NCBI GenBank assembly: GCA_951406725.2
Contig: OX597814.1
Coordinates: 102,734,001 to 102,798,000, forward strand
Direction: 5' to 3'
Length of the DNA: 64,000 nt
DNA from: Octopus vulgaris
Lineage: Eukaryota
In this document: positions 39,735 to 54,109 of the stretch, piece after piece
How the letters are laid out: each line of letters starts with the position of its first letter
Numbering within the stretch: position 1 is the stretch's first letter
Made by a program: the position numbers and the translations under genes
Notes under the pieces: model-generated
Told to the model about the DNA's origin: nothing
The model's input: the letters and a program-made list of their open reading frames with translations, nothing else
Databases searched by the model: none

Positions 39735-42618
39735 GGGTTAACATGCAGTTTCCACACATAAAATAGTGAAAGCAAATTGCCCCTAAAAAAAAATGAAAGC
39801 ATACTTTGATAGAAACCTGGAGCTGATAACGGTGACATCCCAGAATTTCATGCAAACAATGTATGTAATTATAACTAATGTGTCCAATATATAAACGTAA
39901 ATATATTTGATATGAAAACTGTACATGTATTTTATATAAGATGGAAACAATCACATTTGCAGAAAACCATAAAGAGTTATTGATGCATGAAATTAGATTC
40001 ATAAAGATTTATTCTCGATCTCTAAAATTATTTCATTGCGGATGTTCAAGAACATGTGGAGTGAATAAATGATCACTGGGCACAATGTCTGTCTGTGTGA
40101 TAAAAAGCTTGCTTTTCAACCACCAAGTTCCAAGTTCAGTCCCACTGCATGTTACCTTGGGCAAGTATCTTCTAATACAGCCTCAGACCAACCAAAGACT
40201 TATGAGTGGATTTGGTAGGCAGAAACTGAAAGAAGCTTGTCAAACATGTGTGTGTGTGTGAGTGCTCCTGCATCTGTTTATCTCTGAATGATCACTTGAT
40301 GATCTGTGTTACTTTATTTAGCTCTCCGTAACTTAGTGGTTCGGCAAAAGGAACCACAAGAATGAGTACTAGGCTAAAAAATAAATCTCGATGCCGATTT
40401 GTTCAAAGGCAGTGCTCCAGCATGGCCATGGTCAAGTGACTGATACAAGTAAAATAGTAATTCCGCATTGTCACTTTTCGTCTTGATGAACATCCATCGC
40501 CCTTCTATGGATGCTGTCATCATTTGGATCAACAAAACTGAGTGAATCGATGACAATTTAATGAGTATACAAGTTGCTGAGACCCACACAGGACCACCCC
40601 AATCGAATATTAAACATGTTTCATCAAATATTCGTATATTACTGTTGTCACTTCTGGTTTCCATTGTGAAATACACTTTTTGAAGCAACAGACTTTTACA
40701 GGAATAAACAAAAGAAAAAGCATTAAAAGCGAAAAAGATTAAACCCCTCCCCACCCATTTTCTACTGGTTAATCCCGCCCCAATTCTTTCACTCAGTTTG
40801 TTTCGTCGGAGAGGTACTTCCCTCTTTCTCTCTCAATAATTTCATCTTTTTATACTTTTCATGTTTTCTCTTTCATCTTTTCCTATAAAAATATGTTGCC
40901 AAATAGAAAATTATATTCTATTATACGATCAAAAACAAAATCATCCACTTTCCGTCCTTTTACGACAGTATACTACATTATACCCAAGAATTGTAATGGT
41001 GTTCAGTGTCTTACAAGCAGGTAGGAATCAGATTTTCATAACTTTTTGATGAAAGGCTTCCTCATTGCCATCATTTTCAAATGCGTGGTGAAGATAATCT
41101 AAACCCCACCCTCACTCAAAACTAATAATATCCAACTTATATCGATGAGCTAATCCGACACTCCGCCTTATTTTTCAGCATAATTTTAAATCTACAAGTA
41201 TGAGGAAATAAAGTTGACATATATAAATTATCTATAAGCTCCATTCAATTGTACTTTTCTTTTCACAACAAATTCCTACATAATCTTTATATACACAGTA
41301 GCAAGTCATAAAAGGCAGCAATATGACGTAATGGTCATGTTGCCTGAACAAGCATAATTGTTGGTAATCCCATTGGTTAAAATGACTGCCCAGATACGAA
41401 TTCTAAATTTTCGTCAATGAAATCTTTCATGAAATACAGTTCTTAGAATTCGGATATAAGCAGTTATAAAAGCCCTGATTTTTGAGAAATTACTCAGTGT
41501 TCGTTGGATGTTACTAAATTCCACGTCACTCACAATAGTGATAGTTGGATGCACTAAACTCCCCGACACTCACTCCTTGAGACATTGAATATTTTTTTAC
41601 ACCATGTCTCTGATAAAAATCCAACAAGACTTATTTGAACTGTTGTGAACTCTAGTAGGTAGTATGATGGATTAGCTTAGTGTGAATTTTAAGTCGTAAT
41701 TCTCTACGACAAAATGATTTTACTTTCCAATTGTACTATAAATGCTAAATGTACATTAAAAAACTAATGTAGTAATTATTTTCTCTTTCTTCACGTTCTT
41801 CAACTTGTAAATGAAATTTATTTCTGCAATTACGAAACTGTGTACTTTTTTTTTATAGGGATTAAAAGAACACGAATTTCTTTATCTTTAACATACATGC
41901 ACGCATAAAATGTCCATTAGCGTTTCAGAGTATATATTTCTCACTATGGCGCATATGTAGCTGGAGTCAGGATTTAGGTATAATAATAACACTTATAAGT
42001 AAGTTATAAGTGACGTGTTTATCAATATATATTCCTACTTCAAAACTAAAATATATTTATTATCTATTTCCAAATAGGAAACATATAAAAGTAGTGTTAC
42101 ACAAACAGTAACAAAACCGACTATAAAAACACAATCTGAAACGCAATTTCTGAAAATTTTCATTTCAAATTACCCATTCATTTTTTGTGAAAGTTGTGAA
42201 GAAACAAATTACTATCTGGTTGGAACACATCGATAGTAATTCCGAGAAACAATCGATAAATTAAAATAAAGTATTGGTTTCCAAACATTTCAGTGGTTGG
42301 AGTGTATTTTGAGAATATTCCTCAAACTAAAACAAACTAACCAGTCAGCGATGGAGAGGGAAGAAGATAGCTTCCATTGCAAGAAATAGCAGGCAAATAT
42401 CGAATAAATCATAGGCATCGCTCTTCCATACCTGGACATATCAACAAAATATTGCACAAATAATAGAATATCTCTTTCGTAACTAGAAATAGCAGCCAAA
42501 TCCGGCACAAATTAAGGACATCTCTCATTCAAAAATCATAGAAAAGACACAACTGAGGCGCCAAAAACCGAAAGTCTACAAAATTAAAAACATTGAATAT
42601 TTTCATTGTTTAATACTT
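39735..42618 (-). repeat. Segmental duplicate of ZNF intron 1 with no coding exon downstream
   Basis: 40370-41290 aligns with 26780-28690, 42200-42610 with 28720-29320, and 39735-39800 with 48085-48145. Confidence 0.75.
40085..40455 (+). mobile_element. tRNA/CORE-type SINE (same family as 29861)
   Basis: AGTTCAGTCCCACTG..ACCTTGGGCAAG..GAGTGGATTTGGTAG..GCTCCAGCATGGCC. Confidence 0.7.
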
Positions 42619-43155
42619 ACGGAAATGTTTCATAAAGGATAGTGTTGTTTATATATGTGTGTGTGCGTGTGGTAGTTGAGAAATGCATTATGAGAATAAA
42701 TAAAAGTGTGATTGTTACCAGCGTCGCCTTACTGGCACTTGTGCCGATGGTACGTGAAAAACAACACTCAAGTGAGGGTGTTGCCAGTGCCGCTGGGCTG
42801 GCTCCTGTGGAGGTGACAAGTAAAAACACCATTTGACCATGGCCGTTGCCAGTACCGTCTGACCGGACCTCGTGCCAGTGGCACGTAAAAACACCAACTC
42901 CACTCTCGGAGTGGTTGACATAAGGAAGGGCATCTAGCTATAGAAACTCTTCCAGATCAAGAACGGAGCCTGGTGCAGCCATCTGGTTTGCCAGCCCTCA
43001 GTCAACCATCAAACCCATGCCAGCATTGAAAGCGGACGTTAAACAGTGATGAGGATGATGATGTATTATCAGCTGATTGAGAGAAATTCATTCACAGGAC
43101 ATTTCACCAGATGTCAACATCTAGCAAGAAGCACTTTCAATGCGCATGCATATCT
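42619..43155 (-). promoter_or_regulatory. Promoter/exon 1 module copy C (orphan, interrupted by a SINE)
   Basis: GTAAGT donor at 42620, TGCGCATGCA at 43141-50, SINE inserted at 42700-43062. Confidence 0.55.
42700..43062 (+). mobile_element. SINE with (GAT)n tail
   Basis: Ends AACCCATGCCAGCATTGAAAGCGGACGTTAAAC..GATGATGATG; absent from the other three module copies. Confidence 0.7.
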
Positions 43156-44984
43156 CCTCTCCTAAAATATTTAAAGCAGCAACGTGTAATTATCCTCCTT
43201 TATGTAACAGTATAATGCTGTTGATTTTTAGATTTTAGCTCCAGAAACAATCCATTTAGCCACAGCAACAAATCATTCATTGTGGCTCCGTTTTTTAAAG
43301 TGTTTACAGTTTGTTAACTTTCCTTGATGCCAACCTCTTCCCCGTCCCTTATAGCATAGACTAACATGGTTTACTGTTGAAATTCCTGCAATATGAAATA
43401 GAAAATCACCAATCAGTGAGTCTATATTTATTCATACATGAAAACAAATACAGTATTTGTTTATAACAGTTTTCTAGCACTATATTTTACACCACTCTAT
43501 CTGTATTCTTTTATATGTTTCAGTCATCTGACTGTAGCCATGTTGGAGCACACCTTGTGATAACTTACCTCTGTGATATTTATAATACAAATAATTTCTT
43601 CTGGGTTGAATTTATTTTGTGTGTGTTTGGTATATATAAATGTTTGCCTGAGTCTGCAACTTTGTAAATATAAACATTGGTACACAGGGTGTTCCGGTTA
43701 CATTTCAAGAGAGTTTTTATGTCACTTTCATTCAGGAAAAACTATGTATTATTGAAAAGTCAATGGTGTTGGAGAGTTGAATAAAATTTATCTAACATGA
43801 ACAACTGGAAACCATCTGAATATTGAACCCTTTCATATGTTCACATTATAAAGGCTTTCTCCTATTCATGCTCTATATTGAGTAGTGTTTCATATTTGCA
43901 CTTCCATGCATCTTTATTTTGAATCATGGAACTGAAGTATGACATTATCCTTCTGCACACACATCCCACAACTCAGTTTTCTCTGCTACACTATCCTGCA
44001 AAACAGAGTACTTCATATTTTTGGTCCTGAAGCTGTAGAATATTGGCATACCTCTTTCTATTGTTTTTTCCCCCTTGCTAAATAGACCTGTCTCTAAGCT
44101 TTTCTTCAAGCTACAAGCCATCCCCATTTTTTTAATAGTGCTGTATACTTTCCTGTTCCACCATTACATTACACTTTACTTGGCTGGCATTTTGCACCAA
44201 CAGATTTGTTCTGCAGCTCTACATGGGCTGTCTCAAAGAAACTTCCAGTTGTCCTCTATTTCCTCCATTTCACCAAAGGCTTTAAATAGTACATCACATC
44301 TCCAACTGTTTTAAGGATCCCTAAGTTTCTAGGAAATCTCTCAGACCTTCAAGCTCTCAGTCTTAAATCATTTACTGCCAACCTATGTTATTAAGTTCAT
44401 TCTTTACAAGGGAATCACTGTAGATTCACAAGGATCTGCCTATCCTGTTTTCCAGAGAGAATGTAACCAGTGTGGCTTGTGGGTCACCAGATTCATAGTT
44501 GATCAAGAGGCTGGTAATTTTCACCCTGTTCTGAAGTTAAGGTTGACAAAAACAAGGTGGGATTGAGAAAAAGCATCTCCTCTAAAATGCTTATTTTCAA
44601 TTTTATGAAAATAATCATAATTTGGACATTTGAGAACTTATTTCTGCAAAGTTTAATTATGAAAAAAAAAAACATTATTTACAAACTAACAAGGAATCAG
44701 TCTAGTGTGGGGCACTAAACTATACTTATGCCAAAATGTTCATCCTTTGTGCTCTCTTCTGTTTTGTACTCGGGGTCATTGTTTATGTAAATATTTGACA
44801 ACTTACAGTATTCCTGTGTATGAAACAGTTATAACTTGTAAATGCATGAGTGGCCTAGGAAGGAGTGAGAGATGAATATTAGAAAAAGCAAAACTAAAAA
44901 AAAAAATAATTTTTGTAAATACTTTAGTGATAATTTCCATTGCATAAAACAGAGGACTATTAAACGAATACAGCAAACAAGAAA

Positions 44985-45788
44985 CTATAGAAACTGCACT
45001 TTTCCTTTCTCACCTGTATGAATATGTTTGTGTTTGGTTAAGGTAGCATTTTGAGAAAATGATTTACCACAGATATCACAATGATATGGTTTCTCTCCTG
45101 TATGAATACGATTGTGCTTTGTTAAAGCAGTATTTTCAGAGAATGATTTACCACAGACATTGCAATGATACGGTTTCTCTCCTGTGTGAATACGTATGTG
45201 TTTTGTTAAGGTAGTACTTTCAGAGAATGACTTACCACAGGTATCACAATGATACGGTTTCTCTCCTGTATGAGTACGTTTGTGTATAGTTAGGGTATAA
45301 CTTTGAGAGAATGATTTACCACAGATATCACAATGATATGGTTTCTCTCCTGTATGAGTACGTTTGTGTCCAGTTAGGTGAATATTTTGAGAGAATGATT
45401 TACCACAGATATCACAATGATATGATCTCTCTCCTGTATGAGTATGTTTGTGTTTAGATAAGTGACTACTGCTAGAGAATGATTTACCACAGATATCACA
45501 ATGATATGGTGTCTCACCAGTATGAATACGTTTGTGTATAGATAAGTTACCATTTTGAGAGAATGATTTACCACAGATATCACAATATGATCTCTCTCCT
45601 GTATGAGTACGTTTGTGCACTGCAACATCACTACTCCGAGAGAATGATTTACCACAGATATCACAATAATAAGGTTTCTCTCCTGTATGAATATATTTGT
45701 GTCTAGATAAGTTACTCTCCTTAGAGAATGATTTATTACAGATATCGCAATGATATACTTTCTCTCCTGTAGAAATATGTTTGTGCAT
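44985..45788 (-). CDS. C2H2 zinc-finger protein, 9 fingers (ZNF gene 2)
   Basis: Intact 267-aa ORF; acceptor at 46240-41, exon 1 donor at 48223; UTRs and intron are homologous to gene 1. Confidence 0.9.
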   Translation of the reverse strand: MHKHISTGEKVYHCDICNKSFSKESNLSRHKYIHTGEKPYYCDICGKSFSRSSDVAVHKRTHTGERSYCDICGKSFSQNGNLSIHKRIHTGETPYHCDICGKSFSSSSHLSKHKHTHTGERSYHCDICGKSFSQNIHLTGHKRTHTGEKPYHCDICGKSFSQSYTLTIHKRTHTGEKPYHCDTCGKSFSESTTLTKHIRIHTGEKPYHCNVCGKSFSENTALTKHNRIHTGEKPYHCDICGKSFSQNATLTKHKHIHTGEKGKVQFL

Positions 45789-48221
45789 GATTAAGTTACT
45801 TTTCCGAGAGAAGGAATTTATACAAATATCACAGTCATATGATCTTATCTCTTTTAATTATGTGTTTAGTGCAAATTAATTCTATAATTTTCTCACTCTT
45901 TTCTCTCAAATCCCAGTCAATATATTTTTCTTGCTTTTGTTTTTATACTTTGTTCCTTACATACACTTCTGCTGCTGTATTTCTGTCCAGTGTTACCTTT
46001 GTTTAGCAACACTTTCATAAATTTATCAAACTTTAATCATGACACAGTCTTATCTTCTTGACATTCCAGTCAATAATGTTCACAAATTTGGCTAATAATA
46101 TTATTCCAGAGTAAATGTTTCACAAGAATTCTTCCACAGATTTGTACAAACAATGTTATACATCTGATTTGTATAATATTTTCCTTTAGTCTTTAAAACA
46201 TGGTAGATATTGAGGATTCTTCTTCTGGCATCTGATGTTCTGAAATTATAGAGACACAACAGAGTAAAATGTAGAGACTGCTTAAAAAATACAAATTCAT
46301 TTCTATTGAGATAAATTGTAGAAACAAACATTTACCTTAAAAACTGAGCTGGATGCCAATAGTTCCATAAAATGCCAATCTCTCAAAGTAGATAGAACAA
46401 GTGGAAGAGGGACACCAAAAATGACGCAGGATGAAGTGTTGATGAAAGAACACAGAATGCTGAACCTTTCAGGTAACATGATAATGACTGCGAGGCCTAA
46501 CACCTTGCTGTGCTCAAGAAGACCCATACTCGACAGCATAAGCATTCAGACTCATCCCTCTAGTAGTAAAAAGCACATCTGACCATTCTTCATAAAAGCG
46601 GATGCGCAGTGCCACCATGTTATGGCAACAGTGTAGTGGCACATGAAAATTATCCTGCAGTGCCACATAAAGGCACCTTGTGCACTGTGAAGTGGTTGGC
46701 ACTTGGAAAGGTATCCAGCTGTAGAAACCATTACAAACGAGACTGGAGTATGCTGCAGCTCCACAGCTTGCCAGCTCAGGTCAAGCCATCAAACTATGCT
46801 AGCATGGACAACAGATGACAATGAACTTAACATTTTAATTTATAAAAATTGACTCCAAAGAATTTTGTCTGAAGCTTCCATATTTGTAAACTACACTGAC
46901 ACCTTCACATAGACTATTGGACACTAACATTAGTCTTTCACCATAAATATAACTTGACATTGTTGTTTACATCCAGGTCAGTTCTGACTGAGCAGGTATA
47001 TGATTATAGACATTCCATCCATGAACATCCTGGCTATTTCTATAACATTGTATATCTATCACTACATCATCCAATAGTCTTCAATATTCCTGACTGGAAG
47101 GGGAAATTTAATGGAGATGTACTATTATTTCCAGCAGGTCATACAATCATATGGATAATCGCAGGACCTAAAATTTTTTATGACAAATAAAACAAGAATA
47201 AACATTGACGAATAACAAAAAGCCAACTGAATTAGAAAAACAAACAAAATGTTTAACAACTGATTTCCATCCATGTGATTTCAAGTTCAATCCTACAGAG
47301 CAGTACCTTGAGCAAGTGTCTTCTTTAATAACACCAGTGCATCTAAAACCATCTGAGTGGGTTTGATAGACAGAAAGTGAAAGAAGGTTGTCCTCTGTGT
47401 ATGTGTGTCTTCGTATCACTTAATACATGTCAATGCACATCAACATGAAGATATGTGCAGAGATGGGGAAATATTACCTTACTTGGAAACTAGTGATGGT
47501 TGATAACAAGAAGGCCATCTGGCAGGGAAAAAATGTCTGCTTGACCCACAAAAGAACGGAAAATTGGTTTTTCTTGCTGGGTACTTGTTTTGCACATCAT
47601 CATCATCATCACCATAGTTTTATCATCGAAATTTTTATGTTCACATGAGCCAAATTCTTTTTCTGCACTATGCTTTTCAAACAATGCAGAAAGACTCTCT
47701 TTAAACAAACAAACAAAGAAGTCCATGAAATTAGTGAAAATCCCCAATGAAGGAAAGCTGCTCCTAACTCCCTGTCCTTACAACAGTGATCACCATTACA
47801 ATTCTTGCCCCCTCTTTTACTTTTCAACACAAAATGAAACATGTAATATTCGTTTGTTTAAACCTTTTCCATTCAACACAAACAAAAGAAATTAATGAAT
47901 CTAAAAATTAACAATGGAACCATATTTACCCTGTATTTATGATTTTCTTTTTACCCAGTAATCAAAATTACAGAGTAAATATAGTTTCGCTATTGTTTTT
48001 AGATTCAATTATTCTTTCGTTTGTGTTAGATAAAGTCTGAAATAAAAATTGTTTCATTTGCAAATGAAACTGGGGAAGAGAACTGGGTTAACATGCAGTT
48101 TCCTCTCATAAAATAGCGAAAGGAAATTGCCCTTAAAAAAATGAAAATTGAGTCGCCAAAAACTGAAAGTCTACAGAATTAAAAACGGTAAAACATTGAA
48201 TATTTTCATTGTTTAATACTT

Positions 48222-48390
48222 ACGGAAATGTTTCAGAAAAGATAGTGTTGTTATATATGTGTGTGTGTGTGGTTGTTGAGAAATGTAATGTATGTATTAT
48301 AAATCTATTATTATCAGCTAATCAAGAGAAATTCTTGCGAAGAACGTGCGTCAACGTCGAGTGGAAGTACTTTCAATGCGCATGCGTGTG
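48222..48390 (-). promoter_or_regulatory. Promoter/non-coding exon 1 of ZNF gene 2 (module copy D)
   Basis: TGCGCATGCG at 48377-86, GGAAGT at 48363-68, GTAAGT donor at 48223. Confidence 0.65.
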
Positions 48391-49419
48391 TTCTATCAAA
48401 AATATGTAAGGTACGTAACTCTTTTTAAATCCCTTTATCTTTTAGAATAGTGAAGCTAATAAATTTTATGTATGACGTTTTAATAGGTCGCTGCTCACTA
48501 TGCCCTGCCAGTTCTTTCTTAATTCTGGTATTCTTTTCTACTTGCTTCTTGCAGAATGAAGTAATATGGTTTACTGTCAAAATTCAATATATATGAAACA
48601 AACAAAAGAAATCACCCATCAACAAAGGTTAGATGAAAGCAAATACGACAGTTGCTGATAACAACTTTACCACACTATATTTTCCATTGTTCCATCTGTA
48701 TTTACACTCTTCAGATAATTTACATCTGTTATATTTTTAATATAAATAGGTTTTTTTTATAAATTTTCATTTTATGTTGCAAGAGGTTTAATCTGACACT
48801 GTTTTGACTCCGATATTATTACATTTGTGAGGAGTCAGAATTAATTTTGGCTATAAACGCACTCACCAGTTGTTTGTGTATATTTCTGCAGTCTTCTCAA
48901 TTATATCGTGAAAAATATTGTTGGTGAACATAGTCAAACATTAACAAGGGAATGGAACTTATACAATCCACGACTAGAGAGTGTGCTTTTGGGCATTAGA
49001 AACTTATTTCTCTCGAATTTTATCAACATCTTGCCGAAAATTCATGTACGTTGTATGTAGAATATTATTGGAAATAAGGGCATCCAGTCATAGAAATCAT
49101 ACCACAGCTGAGGGTAGAGCTTGGCAGACAAAAAATAAGACCTGTTAAAGGGCGGAGGAACTACAACGTAGTCAACGGCCATTCAACTACGTGTGTTTGT
49201 GGAGTGTTTATATGTGTGTATTGTGTATGTTACATTTTAAACTGTGTGTGTGTGTATTTTATATGCTGTGTTTCGGCCTGTGTGTGTGCGTTTTTTTTTT
49301 TAATTGTATATATTGTATGGGTAGTGGGCATGTGCTTCTGGTCCTGTACAGGTAAAGACACGTCCCCTGCAAGAGTCTCCCGCTGCCTTGCCGGTAGATT
49401 TTTTTTTTTTTTTTTTTTG

Positions 49420-52400
49420 GTTAATCAAAGGCTAGGGAGTAAACCATATCCAAATCCGGAGTGGAGCCCCTAAGGCGGTTAGGTGATGAAATCCATCATC
49501 TCTCTGTCAGCGCCTGCAGTCTAGTCGTGGCTAGGATGTGTCATCCTGAGTCCCTTCTGGCAAGATCGGCTGGATCGAGACCGGGGTCCTGGGCTTGGGC
49601 AACTCGAGGCCTCCACAGTTCTCTTGCCCAGGAATCAGTGACTCCACCCCTCTACTTTTTCTTCTTCTAAGTCCTGAAGCAATGGGCAAGTGGTGACGGT
49701 GGCAGGTGCAGGATGGCGCTGGGAGCTGCTAGCCAGGGACCTGCACTCGGGCAGTCAGGGTAGGATGGTCGTTCTACAGCCTACCTGGGTAAGGGCATAG
49801 TTCGGCAGCCACTCTGACGACGGAGCAGACCTCTTCAGGGATAGCACTGTCCCCCCCCCCTTATGGGGAAGGGTCTAGAAAAAGTGACCTAAAGAAAGCT
49901 TGCCTCATCTCATCCTGTCAGCATACCGCTGCTGACTGGTCATCTACCATGCGGTCTTAACATGAAAGAAATACGGAAGAACTCAAATTCCTTCCTCCGG
50001 AAAAGCGCTTTATGCGTTGGAGTCTGGAACATCAGGACACTCATGGACAACCAAAACTGTGACAGATGAGAACGTCAAACAGCACTTGTGGGTCGAGAAC
50101 TGCAGAGATACAGCATTGATGTTGTTGCCCTCAGCGAGACACACCTTGTTGACACGGGGGAGATCACCGGGGCTTGAGCTGGATGCACTTTCTTTTGGTC
50201 ATAGAAGGCACCGGTTGAACGCAGGGAAGCAGGAGCTGGCTTTGCCATTCGCACCGCCCTCGTCAAGAATCTGGAGTCTCTCCCAAGAGGAATCAGTGAC
50301 CGCCTGATGGTGATGAGAATTCCTCTCCAAGGCAAGATGCACCTGACACTCATCAGTGCTTACGCTCCCACCACAACCTACACTCTGGAGAAGAAAGAGC
50401 TGTTCCATCAGAACTTCATCAAAGTGCTACGGTCAGTTCCTAAAGACCACCAGCTTCTGATACTCGGGGACATTAATGCCTGTGTAGGCAGAGATGCCCA
50501 GTCTTGGCCAGATGTCATCGGACATGAGAATACCAACTGTCAACTGCTACTCACCTTCTGCACTGAAAAGAGACTCACCATTACCTATACCCTGTACCAA
50601 CTGCCTGACATCCACAAGGTTACCTGGATGCACCCAAGGTCCAAGAATTGGTACCTGATTGACTATGTGATCACCAGGCGCCATGACATCCAGGATGTTC
50701 ACATCAACCTGTCTATGGGCAATGAGGTTAGCTGGCTGCTGGACATGTCACCTGCTGTTGAGGTGCAGACTGTTCTTTTCCATCGTCAGCAGACACAGAT
50801 GCTAGAAAGCTGTTGTTAAAAAAACTGGAAGAGCAGAAACCCAATGAACCCAAAACAAAAGAGACCCTCGTTTCCAACCTTGCAAACCAGCTTGAACATC
50901 TGCCAGCAGAGGGAAACCTTGAGAAGGCCTGGGCCAACTTCTGGGATGCAGTGTATGATTCTGGCAGCCTTACCCTTGGCCACACACAACGGAAACACCA
51001 AGATTGGTTTGACAACAACAAGGAGATCACCACCCTCTTCTAGGAGAAGAAAGAAGCCTTCACAGCCTGGCTCAACGAAAAAAGACTCCCAAGCCAAGCA
51101 CAACCGCCTCAAGAACATCAGTTGCAGACTGAGCTGCAACAGATGAAAGACAAGTGGTGGGAAAACAAGGCTGCAGAACTACAGCATTATGCAGACGAGT
51201 GCAACTCCCAGAAGTTCTTTGCAAGCCTGAAAGACGTGTATGGCTACACGCTAAATGCAATGGCACCGGTGCGCTCTGCCGATGGAATCCTGCTTACTGA
51301 GAAGAGCAACATCATACTGCGCTGGAGTGAACACTTCAGTCAGCTGCTAAACAGACCTTCCCAGATTGACCAGCAGACCATCCAATATATGCCACAGTGC
51401 AAAGTTTCTAGTGTCGCTTGAGGACCCTCCCCACAAACACTGGCAAAAATCCAGAAGGCCATCAAGCAACTACATGTGGGGAAAGCACCTGTTCCTGATG
51501 GAATACCCCCAGAGATCTTCAAAGAGGGAGGTGAAGCAGTTGCCATCAAGCTGACTGAGCTGATACAGCAGTTCTAGGATGAAAGGTCAGTGCTGCAGGA
51601 CTTCAAGGATGCCAACATCGTGCATCTGTACAAGAACAAGTGGGGCAGAGCTTCATGTGACAACCACAGAGGTATCTCATTGCTGAGCATTGCAGGAAAG
51701 ATCATAGCCCGTGTTTTTATGAACCACATCACACACCACCTGCTGGACGACGTGGCCTCAGAGAGCTAGTGTGGATTTAGGAACAACAGGCGGACAGTAC
51801 ACATGGCGTTTGCAGTTCGGCAGATCCAAGAGAAGTGCCGAGGACAAAACCAGAACCTCTACATCCTCTTCATGCACCTGACGAAGGCTTTTGACAGCCG
51901 AGAGGGCCTGTGTGATATCTTGTCCAAGCCAGGCTGCCCACCAAAGCTCGTCAGGATCATCCAGTCATTTCATGATGGCATGATGGCTCGCATTGTGGAA
52001 AACGGAGATGTCTCTGATCCATTCCCAGTCTCCAATGGCGTGAAGCAAGGCTGCGTGATGGCTCCCACACACTTCAGCGTCATGTTTGCTACCATTCTCT
52101 TCTGCACTGTTCAAGTCTGATGCTGGTATCACTATCCGCTACAGATGTGACGGCCGATTCTTTGACCTCAGACGTCTGAAGGCAAAACCCAAAGTCCTGG
52201 ACACCCTAGTGAGACTTCTTGTTTGCAGACGATTGTGTGCTTGCAGCATTGAATGAACCAGGCCTGCAAGAACTTGCCACTTGTCTCACAGAAGCAGCAA
52301 AAGCCTTTGGACTGACCATTAGCCAGCGAAAAACAGAGGTGATGCCTCAACCTGCACCTGGCCTGACATCTCCTGAGCCTCAGATTAAGACTGAGGATAC

Positions 52401-53146
52401 AACTCTGAACAACGTGGAGAGCTTTACATATTTGGGAAGCTGCCTGTCCTCAAACTGCAGATGTCTCCATGAGACTTGCAGAAGCAGGAGCTTCGTTTGG
52501 CAGACTTTGGACATGTGTGTAGGCTGAACGAGGCATCAGACTTTCCACCAAACTGGCAGTCGTCATCACCTCTCTGCTCTACGGCTGTGGGACGTGGACG
52601 CTGTATAGGAGGCAAATGCGAGAACTTGACCAGTTCCACCTCCGCTTCTTGCGACGAATCATGGGAATTTCCTGGGAGGACAGAGTCTCCATCACTCAGG
52701 TGCTTCGCAGAGCCGAAATGTCCGGGATCAAAGCCTTCGTCATGATGACCCAGCTCCGGTGGGTCGGACATGTCCGAATAGACGACGCGCGTCTACCAAA
52801 GATGATCTTCTTTGGGCTGGCTTCTGGAGCAAGAAACCCTGGAAGGCCACTGAGGCGATACAAGGACAGACTGAAAACTTCCCTTTTGGCCTATGGCATT
52901 TCAGCCCATGGCTGGTAATCGCTTGCCTCTGACTGCGGTGCCTGGCGTCCAACAGTCCAAAAGGGTGTCAGGCTTTTCGAGGAAAAGCGCCTCAAGTGCC
53001 TGGACCAGAAGTGACAAGTCCAAAAAGAGAGGATCCCCAACCCTACTTCTGCTGTTATGTGCCCAACATGTGTCTGCCTTTGGTCTCCACTCCCATCTCT
53101 GGCGTCACTGACGTCATTGTCGAACCCGACAGACTTCCATTATGAC
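49420..53146 (+). mobile_element. Near full-length degenerate RTE (BovB-like) LINE
   Basis: APE domain (WNIRTLMD, ISAYAPT, LGDINA, TWMHPRSKNWYLIDYV), RT (TKAFD, GVKQGCVMAP, FADD), QLRWVGHV, 3' end GTCGAACCCGACAGACTTCC; many frameshifts and stops. Confidence 0.9.
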
Positions 53147-54109
53147 AGGAAAATATAAATGTTTCTGGTATTATTTATTCTCCATCACATGTGTTTTATT
53201 TTCTGATTGCAATTACCAAGATTTACATGTTATGTAGACAACTAAGGAATTTCCCATTAGAAACAGTTTTCATAATACGAAAATACATTTGAATGAAGAG
53301 TTTACATTTAGATATTAATCAGGAGCATCCCCGAAACTGCTGGAGAAGGAAGGCGGGAAAAATAAACACATTTTTTAGCAGACATACAAACACATCGGTA
53401 GTGACATTGCTATTATTCACACACAGTAGTGTGTGAAGGGTGGTGCTCCAGCATGGCTACTGTCAGATGACTGAAACATGTAAAAGAGTTTAGGTTAACT
53501 CTTACTCACTCGCATCCAATTTGACGCTTTACCGCTAATTAACTTTTAGCTTAATCTTAATTCAGTTATTTGTGCCATGATAAATCTGTGCTAAGCTATA
53601 CTTTCACATAATATAATCGAAATTAGGTTCAGTAGAAAACAAGTTATGATAAAATATGTAGGGCCAAAAATGGGTGAGTAACACCTGATACTTATTTCGC
53701 CTCATAATTTCTCAGTTATTGGAAAAGCAAACTATAATTTAATCATATTTTTTAAAAAGCATTTGATGAGTAGAAATTTTTAGTGAAAGTCTCTTTAAAA
53801 GATATTTGGTACTACAAACAGTTATACAGCTTTAGATAGCCAAATATTTGGTAAGTAATGCCTAAAATTGATTCTGACTCAAAATGTCTCGGGTATTTCA
53901 TAAGCTGTACATTTTCACAGTACAAAAAAATTATTAAAAAACGTAGGGCCAAAACTGGGACAGCGGTGCCTAATATTTACTTTCTCATTTTAATTATGAT
54001 GTTTAAAATAACTTAATGAGTAGAATCTTTTGGTAAAAACCTTGCTAAAAGATATTAGATAGAAAAAAAAATTATGCAACTTTAAGTAGCCAGAAGATTT
54101 GTTCCAAAA

